Assembly: GCA_945902215.1 (NCBI GenBank)
Contig: CAMDML010000007.1
Span: forward strand, 4,178-68,177
Direction of reading: 5' to 3'
Length of the DNA stretch: 64,000 nt
DNA from: Klebsiella pneumoniae
GTDB lineage: Bacteria; Pseudomonadota; Gammaproteobacteria; Pseudomonadales; Pseudohongiellaceae
Both the position numbers and the translations under genes were made by a program. The notes below the pieces were generated by a model that saw only the letters and a program-made list of their open reading frames with translations, made no database searches and had not been told where the DNA came from. This document shows, piece by piece, positions 17,734 through 27,200 of this stretch; within the stretch, counting starts at the first letter, position 1, and every line of letters begins with the position of its first letter.

Positions 17734-18620
17734 GGTGCAACTCCCAGGCAGGTGGCCAGCGTTGTGGCCAACGCCTTCATGTAGCCGATGTAGTCGCCAC
17801 CATAAGTCGCCACGCCCTGACCCATCACATCTGCGGTAATGAGCCGCAACGCTGGCTGATCCAGCATTGTCAGCACTTCTGCATGATTGACGCCCGGTTC
17901 GACGAGCATGCAGGTGATTTGTTTTTGTTCCAGCTCAGCGCGCACCTTTGCCACCGTGCGAATGCCCGGCGCATTATTTTCACTGTCGGCCAGTGTCAGC
18001 GGTGGCTGCAGGTGGAGCGCGCGCTCCAGATAGCGCAGGGCATGGTGATAGACCGCCCATTCACGTTGGCCGGCGTCTGCGAAGCGCTGGCGAAGGTCGG
18101 TATCGAGCGTGTCGAGCTGGGCTTGAAAGCGCATCAGATTGTTACGGTACTGCCCGGCGTTCGCTGCATCGAGCTCCACAAGCGCAGCGACGAGTGCCGT
18201 GGCGATCAGTCGTGCATTGCGGGTATCCACCCATACATGTGGGTCGGGGTGGCCACTGACATCGATCAGGACAACACCGCTAAGCTCTTGCACCGCGATG
18301 ACGTGTGCATCGAGCTCGGCAACCAGTCCGGCCAGCGGCCGCTCCAGCATGGGTCCGGTCCATAGCACCAGATCCGCTTCGGCCAAGAGCCGCCGCTCGG
18401 AAGGACGCAAGGAAACATGATGCGGATCCTGACCCTGTGCCCACACCAGCGCAGGTGTTGTTACGCCTTGGGTGATTTCCGCCGCAATCAGTTGCAGGGG
18501 TTTGATGCTGGCTGTGACCTGCGGAGCCGCGAGTGTTGCACGCATACCCAACAGAAGCAGCAGAAGGAACATCAGTGCCTTGGGTAAAAATACGGAGCCT
18601 TGTGTGGTGCCTATCGTCAT
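17730..18620 (-). CDS. znuA: Zinc ABC transporter periplasmic binding protein ZnuA
   Basis: Cluster-9 SBP pattern (IKPLQLIAAEIT..., DPHVWVD, HHALRYL), a signal peptide, and divergent from znuCB. Start trimmed to MTIGTTQ (18620). Confidence 0.85.
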   Translation of the reverse strand: MTIGTTQGSVFLPKALMFLLLLLLGMRATLAAPQVTASIKPLQLIAAEITQGVTTPALVWAQGQDPHHVSLRPSERRLLAEADLVLWTGPMLERPLAGLVAELDAHVIAVQELSGVVLIDVSGHPDPHVWVDTRNARLIATALVAALVELDAANAGQYRNNLMRFQAQLDTLDTDLRQRFADAGQREWAVYHHALRYLERALHLQPPLTLADSENNAPGIRTVAKVRAELEQKQITCMLVEPGVNHAEVLTMLDQPALRLITADVMGQGVATYGGDYIGYMKALATTLATCLGVAP

Positions 18621-18731
18621 GGAGGGGTGCAGAGTGCGGAAACAGCCGGGCGAATAAAGGATGCTATGATATACCACTCATACAATGCAGCGACATGCAT
18701 GCACTTGGCGAACCACGAACCGGCTAATACC

Positions 18732-18770
18732 AGCAATCACTATTAGCAACCACTTTTAACAACCACTACC
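18732..18770. repeat. 13-bp tandem repeat (3 clear units plus degenerate continuation to about 18806) in the znuA/znuC divergent region
   Basis: agcaatcactatt / agcaaccactttt / aacaaccactacc, then tgcgactac...accgcgactac. Confidence 0.7.
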
Positions 18771-18807
18771 TGCGACTACTTTCCACAACTACCGCGACTA
18801 CGCCACT

Positions 18808-19596
18808 TTGAAAACATCGCTTCTGCTAACTCCCCGCGCCCGCCCTGACGTGCTGCTCGATCTTCGCGGTATTGGTTATGCCGTCGGCAACCGTCACATC
18901 CTGCAGGACATTTTTCTGACCATCGCGCGCGGACAGATTGTTACCCTGATTGGACCCAACGGTGCAGGCAAAACTACACTCATCAAGATCGCAATGGGCT
19001 TGCTGCACCCGAGCGCGGGGCAAGTACTGCTGAACCCGGATCTACGCATTGGCTACATGCCGCAGCGCCTCGCGCTGGAAAGCACCATGCCGATCAGTGT
19101 CGAACGTTTTTTGAAACTGGCGGCACACGCGCACAAAGGCAATGTAGCGGCAACGCTGGCGGAAGTTGGCGCATCGGCGCTGCTGCACGCACGCCTGCAG
19201 GAACTGTCTGGCGGCGAACTGCAGCGCGTCTTGCTGGCGCGTGCACTGCTACAGAAGCCACATCTGCTCGTGCTCGACGAACCGACCCAAGGTGTGGACC
19301 TGAAAGGCCAGGCTGAACTCTACCGACTCATCATGCAGATCCGCGACCGGCACCAGTGCGGCGTATTGATGGTATCGCACGACCTGCATCTGGTGATGTC
19401 GGCCACGGATGAAGTGATCTGTCTCAACCAGCATGTGTGCTGCCACGGTCATCCGGAAAAAGTCAGCAACGATCCCGCTTACCTCGAGCTCTTTGGCAAG
19501 CGCGATGCGGAAACAATGGCCTTCTACACCCACTACCACACGCATCACCACGGCTTGGCCGGAGAAGTGATTCCTGATGGCGAGGCGGGCGAGTGA
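18808..19596 (+). CDS. znuC: Zinc ABC transporter ATP-binding protein ZnuC
   Basis: Walker A GPNGAGKTT, signature LSGGELQR, Walker B LLVLDEPT, His-rich tail YTHYHTHHHG. TTG start at 18808 is uncertain; GTG at about 18847 is an alternative. Confidence 0.88.
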   Translation: MKTSLLLTPRARPDVLLDLRGIGYAVGNRHILQDIFLTIARGQIVTLIGPNGAGKTTLIKIAMGLLHPSAGQVLLNPDLRIGYMPQRLALESTMPISVERFLKLAAHAHKGNVAATLAEVGASALLHARLQELSGGELQRVLLARALLQKPHLLVLDEPTQGVDLKGQAELYRLIMQIRDRHQCGVLMVSHDLHLVMSATDEVICLNQHVCCHGHPEKVSNDPAYLELFGKRDAETMAFYTHYHTHHHGLAGEVIPDGEAGE

Positions 19597-20378
19597 TGGC
19601 GGATTTCATTCTGCGTGCGGTATTGGCCGGTTTGTTGTTAGCTGCAGTAGCTGGCCCGCTGGGCTGCTTCATCGTGTGGCGGCGCATGGCTTATTTCGGC
19701 GATACACTCGCGCACTCCGCATTACTCGGCATCGCCTTCGGCCTTCTCCTCGACATCAACATGCAACTGGCCGTTGTGCTCGCCTGCTGCGCCTTGGCCC
19801 TGCTGCTGGTGTTGATGGAAAAAAACAAGTCGCTTGCCAGTGATACTCTATTGGGGATTCTCGCGCACAGCTCGCTCGCACTTGGTCTTGTGATGCTCAG
19901 TTTCACCGCGGTGCAAGTTGATCTGGTTTCTTACCTGTTCGGAGATTTATTGACGGTAAGCATGCAAGAGTTGCTGTGGGTCGCGGGGGGCGCCATTCTC
20001 GCGCTTGCTACGCTGTTGCTGTTTTGGAGTCGGCTGCTTTCCATAACCTTGCATCAGGAGCTGGCACAAGTGGAGGGGCTCGATGTAACGCGGCTGCGGT
20101 TGTTGCTGATGCTGGTGGTAGCTGTGGTTGTTGCCGTGTCGATGAAGATTGTTGGCGTACTGTTGATAACTTCGCTGATGATTATCCCGCCTGCTACTGC
20201 GCGCCATTTCGCGCGATCGCCCGAACAAATGGCTGTCGGCGCTTCTCTCGCCGGCGCGCTCGCGGTCTGCGGCGGGATTACGGCGTCATGGTTCTGGGAT
20301 ACACCGACCGGGCCAAGCATTGTGGTAGTGGCAGCGTTGTTGTTTCTGCTCAGCGCCATGATGAAACCCCGCGCCTAA
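19596..20378 (+). CDS. znuB: Zinc ABC transporter permease ZnuB
   Basis: About 260 aa polytopic ABC-3 family permease. ATG overlaps the znuC stop (TGATG). Confidence 0.88.
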   Translation: MADFILRAVLAGLLLAAVAGPLGCFIVWRRMAYFGDTLAHSALLGIAFGLLLDINMQLAVVLACCALALLLVLMEKNKSLASDTLLGILAHSSLALGLVMLSFTAVQVDLVSYLFGDLLTVSMQELLWVAGGAILALATLLLFWSRLLSITLHQELAQVEGLDVTRLRLLLMLVVAVVVAVSMKIVGVLLITSLMIIPPATARHFARSPEQMAVGASLAGALAVCGGITASWFWDTPTGPSIVVVAALLFLLSAMMKPRA

Positions 20379-20487
20379 ACTACTTATACACTTCCCAACC
20401 TTTTTTCCTGAAGCAAGCGCCTGCGGCGTTCGAAGCAGCGTAACCTCGCCCGCGCCAATCAATACCAACCAGCACAATTGCCTGCGC

Positions 20488-20516
20488 AAAAAAAACGGCG
20501 GGCTTGCGCCCGCCGC
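20488..20516 (-). terminator. Rho-independent terminator of TonB-dependent receptor 1
   Basis: GGCGGGC-TTGC-GCCCGCC hairpin preceded on the plus strand by A8, which is a U-run on the minus strand. Confidence 0.8.
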
Positions 20517-20545
20517 CATCTCTCATACGATCAGTCTAAATACGT

Positions 20546-23500
20546 CTAGATGTCCATCGTCACGCTGACAAAAGCACGCCGACCGAGCGGATCGTACGTT
20601 GCCCCGCCGCCGACATGCGTCGGTGCAGTCGGGAACGGGTTTACAGTCGGATCGCCTTTGTTCATCGGCGGTTCCTTGTCCAGCAGGTTCTCTATCCCCA
20701 CGCGCAGCGTGTAGTTCTCGCCGAACTGGTAGTTACCCGACAACGCGAACAGATGGTAATCCGTCTGCACCCCACCGTAGTAACATGGGGCGCCCGTGGG
20801 GGCTGTGATACACGCAGCCGCCTTGATCTCAGGCCAGTACTGGTGCCGCAGCGACATACCCCAGTTGTCCTTGAAGAAGTTCAGTGTCGTGAAAAGACGG
20901 TAATCGTACCCTTGACACTGAATCTGCAACCCGCAGCCCTGCGTGCCTGACCAATCGCGCTCCGGTGCGACCGGCGAGTCCTGTGTCGTTGACTCGATGT
21001 TCTTGTTCGCCACGATGTTCACGTTGAGCCCGCCAAATGAAAATTGCTTGGTCATGTTGAACGCAATATCGACCCCTGCGACGGTTGCGAGCCCCGTGTT
21101 CGTGTAGGCGAGGTCGATGCCCGAGGCGTTGCCGCTGACGGGGTCCCGGAACAGCGCCACACAGCCGGGAGTGTTTGGATTGCCGCCTGGGTTCTGGGCG
21201 AGGCTAAAGCAACGTTGTTGGGTAGTATCCGAACCTTCTACTGCAATCATGTCGCTGATCTCGATCGTGTAGTAGTCCACCGTCAGGCTGATGTCCTCCA
21301 TAATGCGTGCAGCAACACCGAGAGTGAACGTATCGGCCTGCTCTTCCCTGAGATTCGGGTTACCGAAGCTGTTCGCTGTACCTACGCCCCCGGCTAAGGG
21401 CTGCGAGTTTAGCGGACGGTTGTCGTAGTACTCGGCTGCGCCCGCGCCGCCCATAATCGCGCGGCAAATAGCCAAGGTTTGGGCGGCCTGCTGGGCGCCC
21501 GCGACGGCGACGTTAGTGCTGAAGGGGCCCGACGCGTTGCGCTGCGAGCACTGGTCACCGTAGACGCTTGCCCCAGCGCCGAAGACCTGGGTTCGTTCGA
21601 GGAACAACTCACCCAAGTTGGGGGCGCGGTGTGCCACGTTCCAGCCGCCGCGCACGCGATAGTTGGGTGTAATCGCCCAGTCGAGCAGCGCTTTGTAGGA
21701 AGCAAGGACCTTTAAATCCGGCATGCTCCAATCGGACGCGCGGGCACCGAGCTCGAGATTAAGGTGATTCAACAGGAACGGGCCATCCGCGATAATCGGA
21801 ACCAGCAACTCACCGTAAGCCTCGCTGACATCGAACTTGCCTTCGCTATTCCCATTGGGAAACAGACCGCCGATGGTATCGACGAAATTCTGGTTCAAGC
21901 TTAGGTTGTCCGGCGCATATGTGAAGCTTGCCTCACGATAGGTGGTACCAACCGCGTACGACAGAGGCCCCGCATTCATCTCGAGGAGATCGCCCATCAA
22001 GTTGGCCTCATACACCGTCTGCGTAACCACATCCTGGTTCTTTAGGCTCGGCGAAATCGCTTCGACGCAGTCCGCCCCAGGTGCGAACACCTCGATGAGC
22101 GGCAGGCCGGTTTCGCACGTAGGGCTGCTCTCAGCAAAACCCACTCCGTAGGGGTTGGCATCGTACGTGAACCCACGGCCGAAGTTCGGCGAGGTGGCAA
22201 TCGCTCGCCACTGCGACAGGCGGGCGGAGCCTTTCTGGATCACCAGATTATCCGTGCGGCCGGTCGAGACCGACGCGTCCCACGAATGCTTGCCGTCCGC
22301 CAGATCGCCCTCAAGACCGATGCTGAGCTGCATAATATTGGTAGTGCTCTCGGAACGGCGACCACCGCCTTCAGCCTCACGCATCCAATCTGGTGGGCGG
22401 TTCATCCACAGATTCTCTTGTGGCAATCGCCGAGTCGACATTAGCGCAACCATCTCGGGAGGTAGCGGAAATGCCTCAGACTCTGTGCAACCGATCTGTC
22501 CGTCAGCGTTGCAGTTCAACTGGAACCGGCCGCCGGGAAGATACGCGGGGTTGGTGACCTCAGCGCCATCGACGAGACCGTTGGAGTTGGTGTCGTTCCA
22601 TGAGTTCGGTATGCCGCGCGTCACATCGCCCGCGTAGAGTGTCGTGCCAAAAGGAATTTCGGAGCCCCAGAGGCCGATGGTGTCGGCCGTAAGCGCGAGC
22701 TGCGTTTCAGTGTAGGTGCGCGCGAACATGCCCTGGCCCGTCAAGCGCAAGCTGTCGTTGATTTCGAACTCGCCCTTTGCGAACGACGACATGCGCTCGA
22801 GTGGTGTTGATGTCCAGCCCCACCAGGTGTTCTCTTTGATCCTGCCATCTGGCTGAACGATGCGGTACGGCAAGCCCGCGAAATTGCCATAGTGATCGCC
22901 GCTGGTAGGGCCCAGCGGGCCTGTATACCGATAGGCGCCCGGCGCACCCGAACCCGACTGGAGTCCCGTATACACAGTGCCGTTAAGCCCCCGGTTCAGG
23001 AAAAAGTTGGTATTGTTGGATACACCAAGCAGCCCGTTTGTAGGAGACTGCGGGCAGTTGGCGGTAGGCGTGGTCGCGTTCGGATTGGCCGCCGGCGTGC
23101 ATGGCAGCGCCCGGTTGAACAGCGCGTTGACGGCGTTCTGGTTAGGAAGATTGTTGGGTACTGCCGGAGCGTAAGGCGTGCCAGGGATGTTGGTGATGTA
23201 CGTATCTGAGCCGAAGAACGTACCACCGCCGGAGCCGGCGCCAGGGTTGGCCGCGTCCTCGATTCGCCAGTCCCGCATCCATGGGTGTCCTGTGCCGCGC
23301 GTGGACCGCTCAATGCCGAGCATGACGTTGCCGCGGTCGCTAGTGGCACCAATGAGGCCGGAAAACATCTTTTCCTGACCGCCGCCGTCGAAGGTGTCGC
23401 CGTAGCGGGCCTCGAATGAGGCGCCCTCGAAATCGTCCTTGAGGATGAAGTTCACGACGCCGCCAACGGCGTCTGCGCCGTACACTGCCGAGGCGCCACC

Positions 23501-23974
23501 TGAGATGATTTCCACCCGTGAGATCGCCGCAGACGGGATCATGTTGGTGTCAACAACCATCGTCGGGTTGATCGGCTGGCCGCGCCTGCCGTCGACGAGG
23601 ACGAGGTTACGGTTGGCCCCGAGACCACGCAGGCTGACCAGCGAAGCGCCGACCGTGTTGACGGCCGTGTTCTGCACGTCGCCCGTCGAGAACTGCGTGA
23701 CGGCCGGCACGAACTGCGGCAGTTGGTTCAAAACGGTCGAGACGCCGATAGTGCTCGTGTTCTCGAACGTCGCTCGATCAATGGTGGTGATCGGAGAGTT
23801 GGCGTTGAAGTCTTGTCTAATGATACGAGAGCCGGTGACAATAATTTCATCAAGCGCCTCTTCTTCCGCCGCAAAAGCGAGCGGAGCGATGCTGCTCAAA
23901 ACTATGGCACTGAGCGCGGCCGAAATGGATGCGGATAGAAGAGATGGTTTTAGCAGGGATGGATATTTGGACAT
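20546..23974 (-). CDS. TonB-dependent outer-membrane receptor, large (1142 aa)
   Basis: Signal peptide, plug region DEIIVTGSRIIRQDFNANSPITTI..., long beta-barrel with alternating-hydrophobic strands. Substrate unknown. Confidence 0.9.
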   Translation of the reverse strand: MSKYPSLLKPSLLSASISAALSAIVLSSIAPLAFAAEEEALDEIIVTGSRIIRQDFNANSPITTIDRATFENTSTIGVSTVLNQLPQFVPAVTQFSTGDVQNTAVNTVGASLVSLRGLGANRNLVLVDGRRGQPINPTMVVDTNMIPSAAISRVEIISGGASAVYGADAVGGVVNFILKDDFEGASFEARYGDTFDGGGQEKMFSGLIGATSDRGNVMLGIERSTRGTGHPWMRDWRIEDAANPGAGSGGGTFFGSDTYITNIPGTPYAPAVPNNLPNQNAVNALFNRALPCTPAANPNATTPTANCPQSPTNGLLGVSNNTNFFLNRGLNGTVYTGLQSGSGAPGAYRYTGPLGPTSGDHYGNFAGLPYRIVQPDGRIKENTWWGWTSTPLERMSSFAKGEFEINDSLRLTGQGMFARTYTETQLALTADTIGLWGSEIPFGTTLYAGDVTRGIPNSWNDTNSNGLVDGAEVTNPAYLPGGRFQLNCNADGQIGCTESEAFPLPPEMVALMSTRRLPQENLWMNRPPDWMREAEGGGRRSESTTNIMQLSIGLEGDLADGKHSWDASVSTGRTDNLVIQKGSARLSQWRAIATSPNFGRGFTYDANPYGVGFAESSPTCETGLPLIEVFAPGADCVEAISPSLKNQDVVTQTVYEANLMGDLLEMNAGPLSYAVGTTYREASFTYAPDNLSLNQNFVDTIGGLFPNGNSEGKFDVSEAYGELLVPIIADGPFLLNHLNLELGARASDWSMPDLKVLASYKALLDWAITPNYRVRGGWNVAHRAPNLGELFLERTQVFGAGASVYGDQCSQRNASGPFSTNVAVAGAQQAAQTLAICRAIMGGAGAAEYYDNRPLNSQPLAGGVGTANSFGNPNLREEQADTFTLGVAARIMEDISLTVDYYTIEISDMIAVEGSDTTQQRCFSLAQNPGGNPNTPGCVALFRDPVSGNASGIDLAYTNTGLATVAGVDIAFNMTKQFSFGGLNVNIVANKNIESTTQDSPVAPERDWSGTQGCGLQIQCQGYDYRLFTTLNFFKDNWGMSLRHQYWPEIKAAACITAPTGAPCYYGGVQTDYHLFALSGNYQFGENYTLRVGIENLLDKEPPMNKGDPTVNPFPTAPTHVGGGATYDPLGRRAFVSVTMDI

Positions 23975-24041
23975 TTGCTACCTCCTATTTTTGTTGTTGT
24001 AAAGGATAGTATAGCGAGGCGAAGACATACTGCCTCACCAA

Positions 24042-24070
24042 AGGCTAGCGGGCTTGGCCGTCCGAGTCAA
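24042..24070 (-). promoter_or_regulatory. Sigma-70-type promoter candidate for receptor 1
   Basis: Minus strand TTGACT (24070-24065) - 17 nt - TAGCCT (24047-24042). The same hexamers and spacing recur upstream of receptor 2. Confidence 0.5.
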
Positions 24071-24148
24071 TTGCGAAATTTTTCCACAATTGGGCCGCCA
24101 GAATAATGGCGGTTTGTGCATTTGGCACAAATCGTCGGATTAGTGCGC

Positions 24149-24222
24149 CAACCGGGCCAAGCATCGTGGTAGTGGCAGCGTTGTTGTTTCTGATAAGTGC
24201 GCTGGCAAAAACGCGCACATAA
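24149..24222 (+). pseudogene. Remnant of the znuB 3' end (duplication scar)
   Basis: 74 nt colinear with znuB 20305-20378. The first 45 nt differ at 2 positions. The rest diverges but keeps the frame and the TAA: ...TGPSIVVVAALLFLISALAKTRT* versus ...TGPSIVVVAALLFLLSAMMKPRA*. Confidence 0.85.
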
Positions 24223-24253
24223 AAAAAGCGGCGGGCCAATTGGCCCGCCGCTT
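24221..24253 (-). terminator. Rho-independent terminator of TonB-dependent receptor 2
   Basis: AAGCGGCGGGCC-AA-TTGGCCCGCCGCTT palindromic hairpin with an A-run on the plus strand (U-run on the minus strand). Similar to the 20488-20516 terminator. Confidence 0.8.
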
Positions 24254-24278
24254 CATGTTTACTACGTAACAACCGTTC

Positions 24279-27200
24279 TTAGAACGAGGCTTTGATACCT
24301 ACGAAATAACGACGACCGAGTACGTCGTAGTAACCTCCGTTGATACTTCCAACACCCGGCAAGCTGAAACCGAACGGGTTCTGGCAACCGGGAGGTGCAG
24401 TACCACCACCGGCAGTCGAGCAGACCGTATTCAGCGTGGTGCTAGCACCGTAACCTGCACTAGGAGCCACATATTCCGGCTCGGAGTCCAGCAAGTTGGT
24501 GATACCGCCGCGCAGTACATACGTTTCGCTGATGTTCCAGTTAAACGAGAAGTCTAAAACGTCGTACGCATCAGTTTCGATTTCCGTGGTCGGCGTGTAG
24601 CCAAGGAGCAGGCCCTTCGCACCGGCCGCAACGCTGGCGTTGTTTGCCTTGATCGCCTGCTGGCTGTTATAGCCTGCAGACCAGACTTTAGGCAGATGGC
24701 GCCAACGGAGGCTCAGACTCACGTCGTCAAGTATGTAGCTAACCGAGCCGAACAAACGGAAGTCGTAAGCGCCGCCGTTGGTTCCAGACAAGTTCGGCCC
24801 CAGGGAGCCGGCCCAATCGGTTTCCACGTCGAAAGCGCCGGGAGACTGCTTGGTCTTGTAATAGTCCAGCACGGTTGCGTTCACGCTCAGGCCCAAACGG
24901 CCTGGCAGGCCAACCAGTTCATCAAGTTCACCAAACCAGTTAAGGGCGATGTCAAAACCTTGGGTTTTGATCGTGGCCTGGTTGTCATACGATACTTTAC
25001 TGGTCAAACCAACGCCGTTGACCTGATCCCTCGGGAGTAACATACAGCCGTCGGTTTTGGCGCGCGCTTGGGCTTCGGCACGCGTTGTCACCGGAGTTCC
25101 GAAGCAGCGGTTCTGGGCATAGTCCAGCGAGTACAACATGATCGCGTCTTCAATTTCGATGCGGTATGCATCCAACGACAGCGTCATGCCCGACAGCCAT
25201 GGGTTATCCCACGGCGACGTGGCAACGGCGCCCAGCGTCCAGGTCTCAGCAGTTTCCGAGGTGAGGTTCGTGTTGCCTTCCTGCAGGATCCAGTTGAAGG
25301 TAGCGCCGGCAGCACCACCTGCGTTGGACACTTTATAGAACTGGTTGGCCGCCAAGCTGTTCTGGCCGCCCATCAGTTCCTCACAGATCATCAATGCGCT
25401 TAAGGCGCCCGCGTTTGTCTGGCTTGGAGCCAATGCGGTCTGCGGTTCGCCGGGGTTCAGGATCGGATCAGGCAAAGCGCCGCCCGCACCGAAGGGGGCG
25501 TTGGAGCGCAAGCCGCAACCGTCGCCGAAGTTCGCGCCGCCTACTGTGAAAATTTCCTGTTGGTTCAGGAACATTTCACCCAGGTTTGGAGCGCGAGTTG
25601 CTGCGTTGAAGCCGCCACGAACACGCAATCTGTCGTTGATTTCCCAGTTTGCCAAGGCTTTCCAGGTGGTCTCTGGGTCGGAATGTTCGTAATCGGAGTA
25701 ACGTGCGCCCAGTTCGAGCTCCAGACTTTGAATGAATTTGATGTCTGAAAGAACAGGCACCAAGGCTTCTACATAGACGTCATCGACAGAGGTCCCTGCA
25801 TCCAGTGAGCCAGTCGGGTATACCCCGATTACCTGGTCAGTGAAGGAGTTCTGGGACTGCAGGATATCCGGGTAGAACTTGGACGAGTTGCGGCGGTTCT
25901 GAAAACCAGCTGCAGCACGGACTTCGCCTGCCGGCAGTTCCATGAGGGAACCCTGAAGGTTGACCTCAATAATGTCTTGCTTGTTCTGCGTGCGGGTCTG
26001 CAGGTTGGCATTAATGGCTTCGAAGCAGTCTTTCGACATCGGCTTGTCGCCGGAGAAGAAAGTGTCGTACAAACCAGTGGTACATTTGTAGTCGCCTACT
26101 CCGAAAGCGGGACGGGGGGCGTTAATGGTTGTGCCATCACCCAAGGTGTATTTCAGGTTGCCCGTGCCAGACGCATTGCGGCCGTAATCTTTCAGGTTGG
26201 AAAGCGCTCTGTAACGTGACAGCGACAAGTTGCCGGTGGCGACGTTATAGGTAGCGGATTCGGCATGGGATCCATAAATTTCAGCTGTCCAGTCGCGGAT
26301 TGGCAAGTCAATATTCGTACCAATCTCTACCTGCCACACTTCGTTCGTGTTGTAGGTGTTACGTGGGGGCAAGCTGTCGTCCGGGTTCCAGTTCGGCTGC
26401 CATGGGCCGGCCTTGGTGGGACGGGCGTTCAGCAGGATTGCCAACTCTGGTGGAACTGGGAAGTTGGCGCCCGGTTTGCCGGTGGCAATGAAGCTTGGGT
26501 TGGCAAAGGCTGCCGGGTTGTTGCGAACTGCGGTAACGATTGCGGTACTGGTGTAGTCGAGGGTCGGATCAACCGGACTGTCCAGCGTCGGGTTGTAGGG
26601 AACCGTTGTTTCCCAACCAGTGATCGCGCTGGTACCAAACAGAGTCGTACGTGTCTTGCTCTCTGCAAACGTTGCGCGGCCAAATACGTTGACGGTGTCG
26701 GTGACGTCGAAATTACCGGAAGTGAAGAATGAATACCGCTCTTGGGGTGCGCTGGAAAATGCGCTCTGGTCATACCACTTCAGGTTGCTGAAAGTGGTGC
26801 TGCCGGGCGGGATCGAGCCATCATACGTGGTCTGTGGCAGGTATTCCCCGTTGTCCCTCGGACCCTTGTAGCGCGACAAGCCGCCCTGGCTGCCGGCGAC
26901 CCAAATGGTGCCGTCAGAGTTGAAGTTATACCCGCGGTTGTTGGCGTTAACAGCTAGGGGGGTGAATACGTTGGTGCCGGCCGGACGACCCGCGAACAGA
27001 CCTTCAATCGTGCTGTTCGGTGGGCAGTTCAGGTTACAGCCGTAGCTGTTGATGCCTTGCAAACCAAAGGTGCCGCCCGTGAGCGGGTTGTTGCGGAAAT
27101 CCATGTAGAAATCGTTCTCAGTTTGCCTTTCGGCATCCCGGTTGTAGCGCTCCAATCCCAAGGTGACGTTGCCACGGCCATCGGCGACATTGGCTCCCAA

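Noticed and set aside
18661-18690. Possible Zur operator (GATGCTATGATATACCACTCATACAATGCA).
   Set aside because: Only about half of the positions are self-complementary, and it does not match the GTTATA/TATAAC-type core. Not reported as a feature. A PWM scan is needed.
24045-24272. 75-aa minus-strand ORF between the two receptor genes.
   Set aside because: It is the antisense reading of the znuB 3' remnant plus the terminator. The same peptide (NNNAATTTMLGPVG) appears antisense to genuine znuB, so it is a by-product of the duplication and not a gene.
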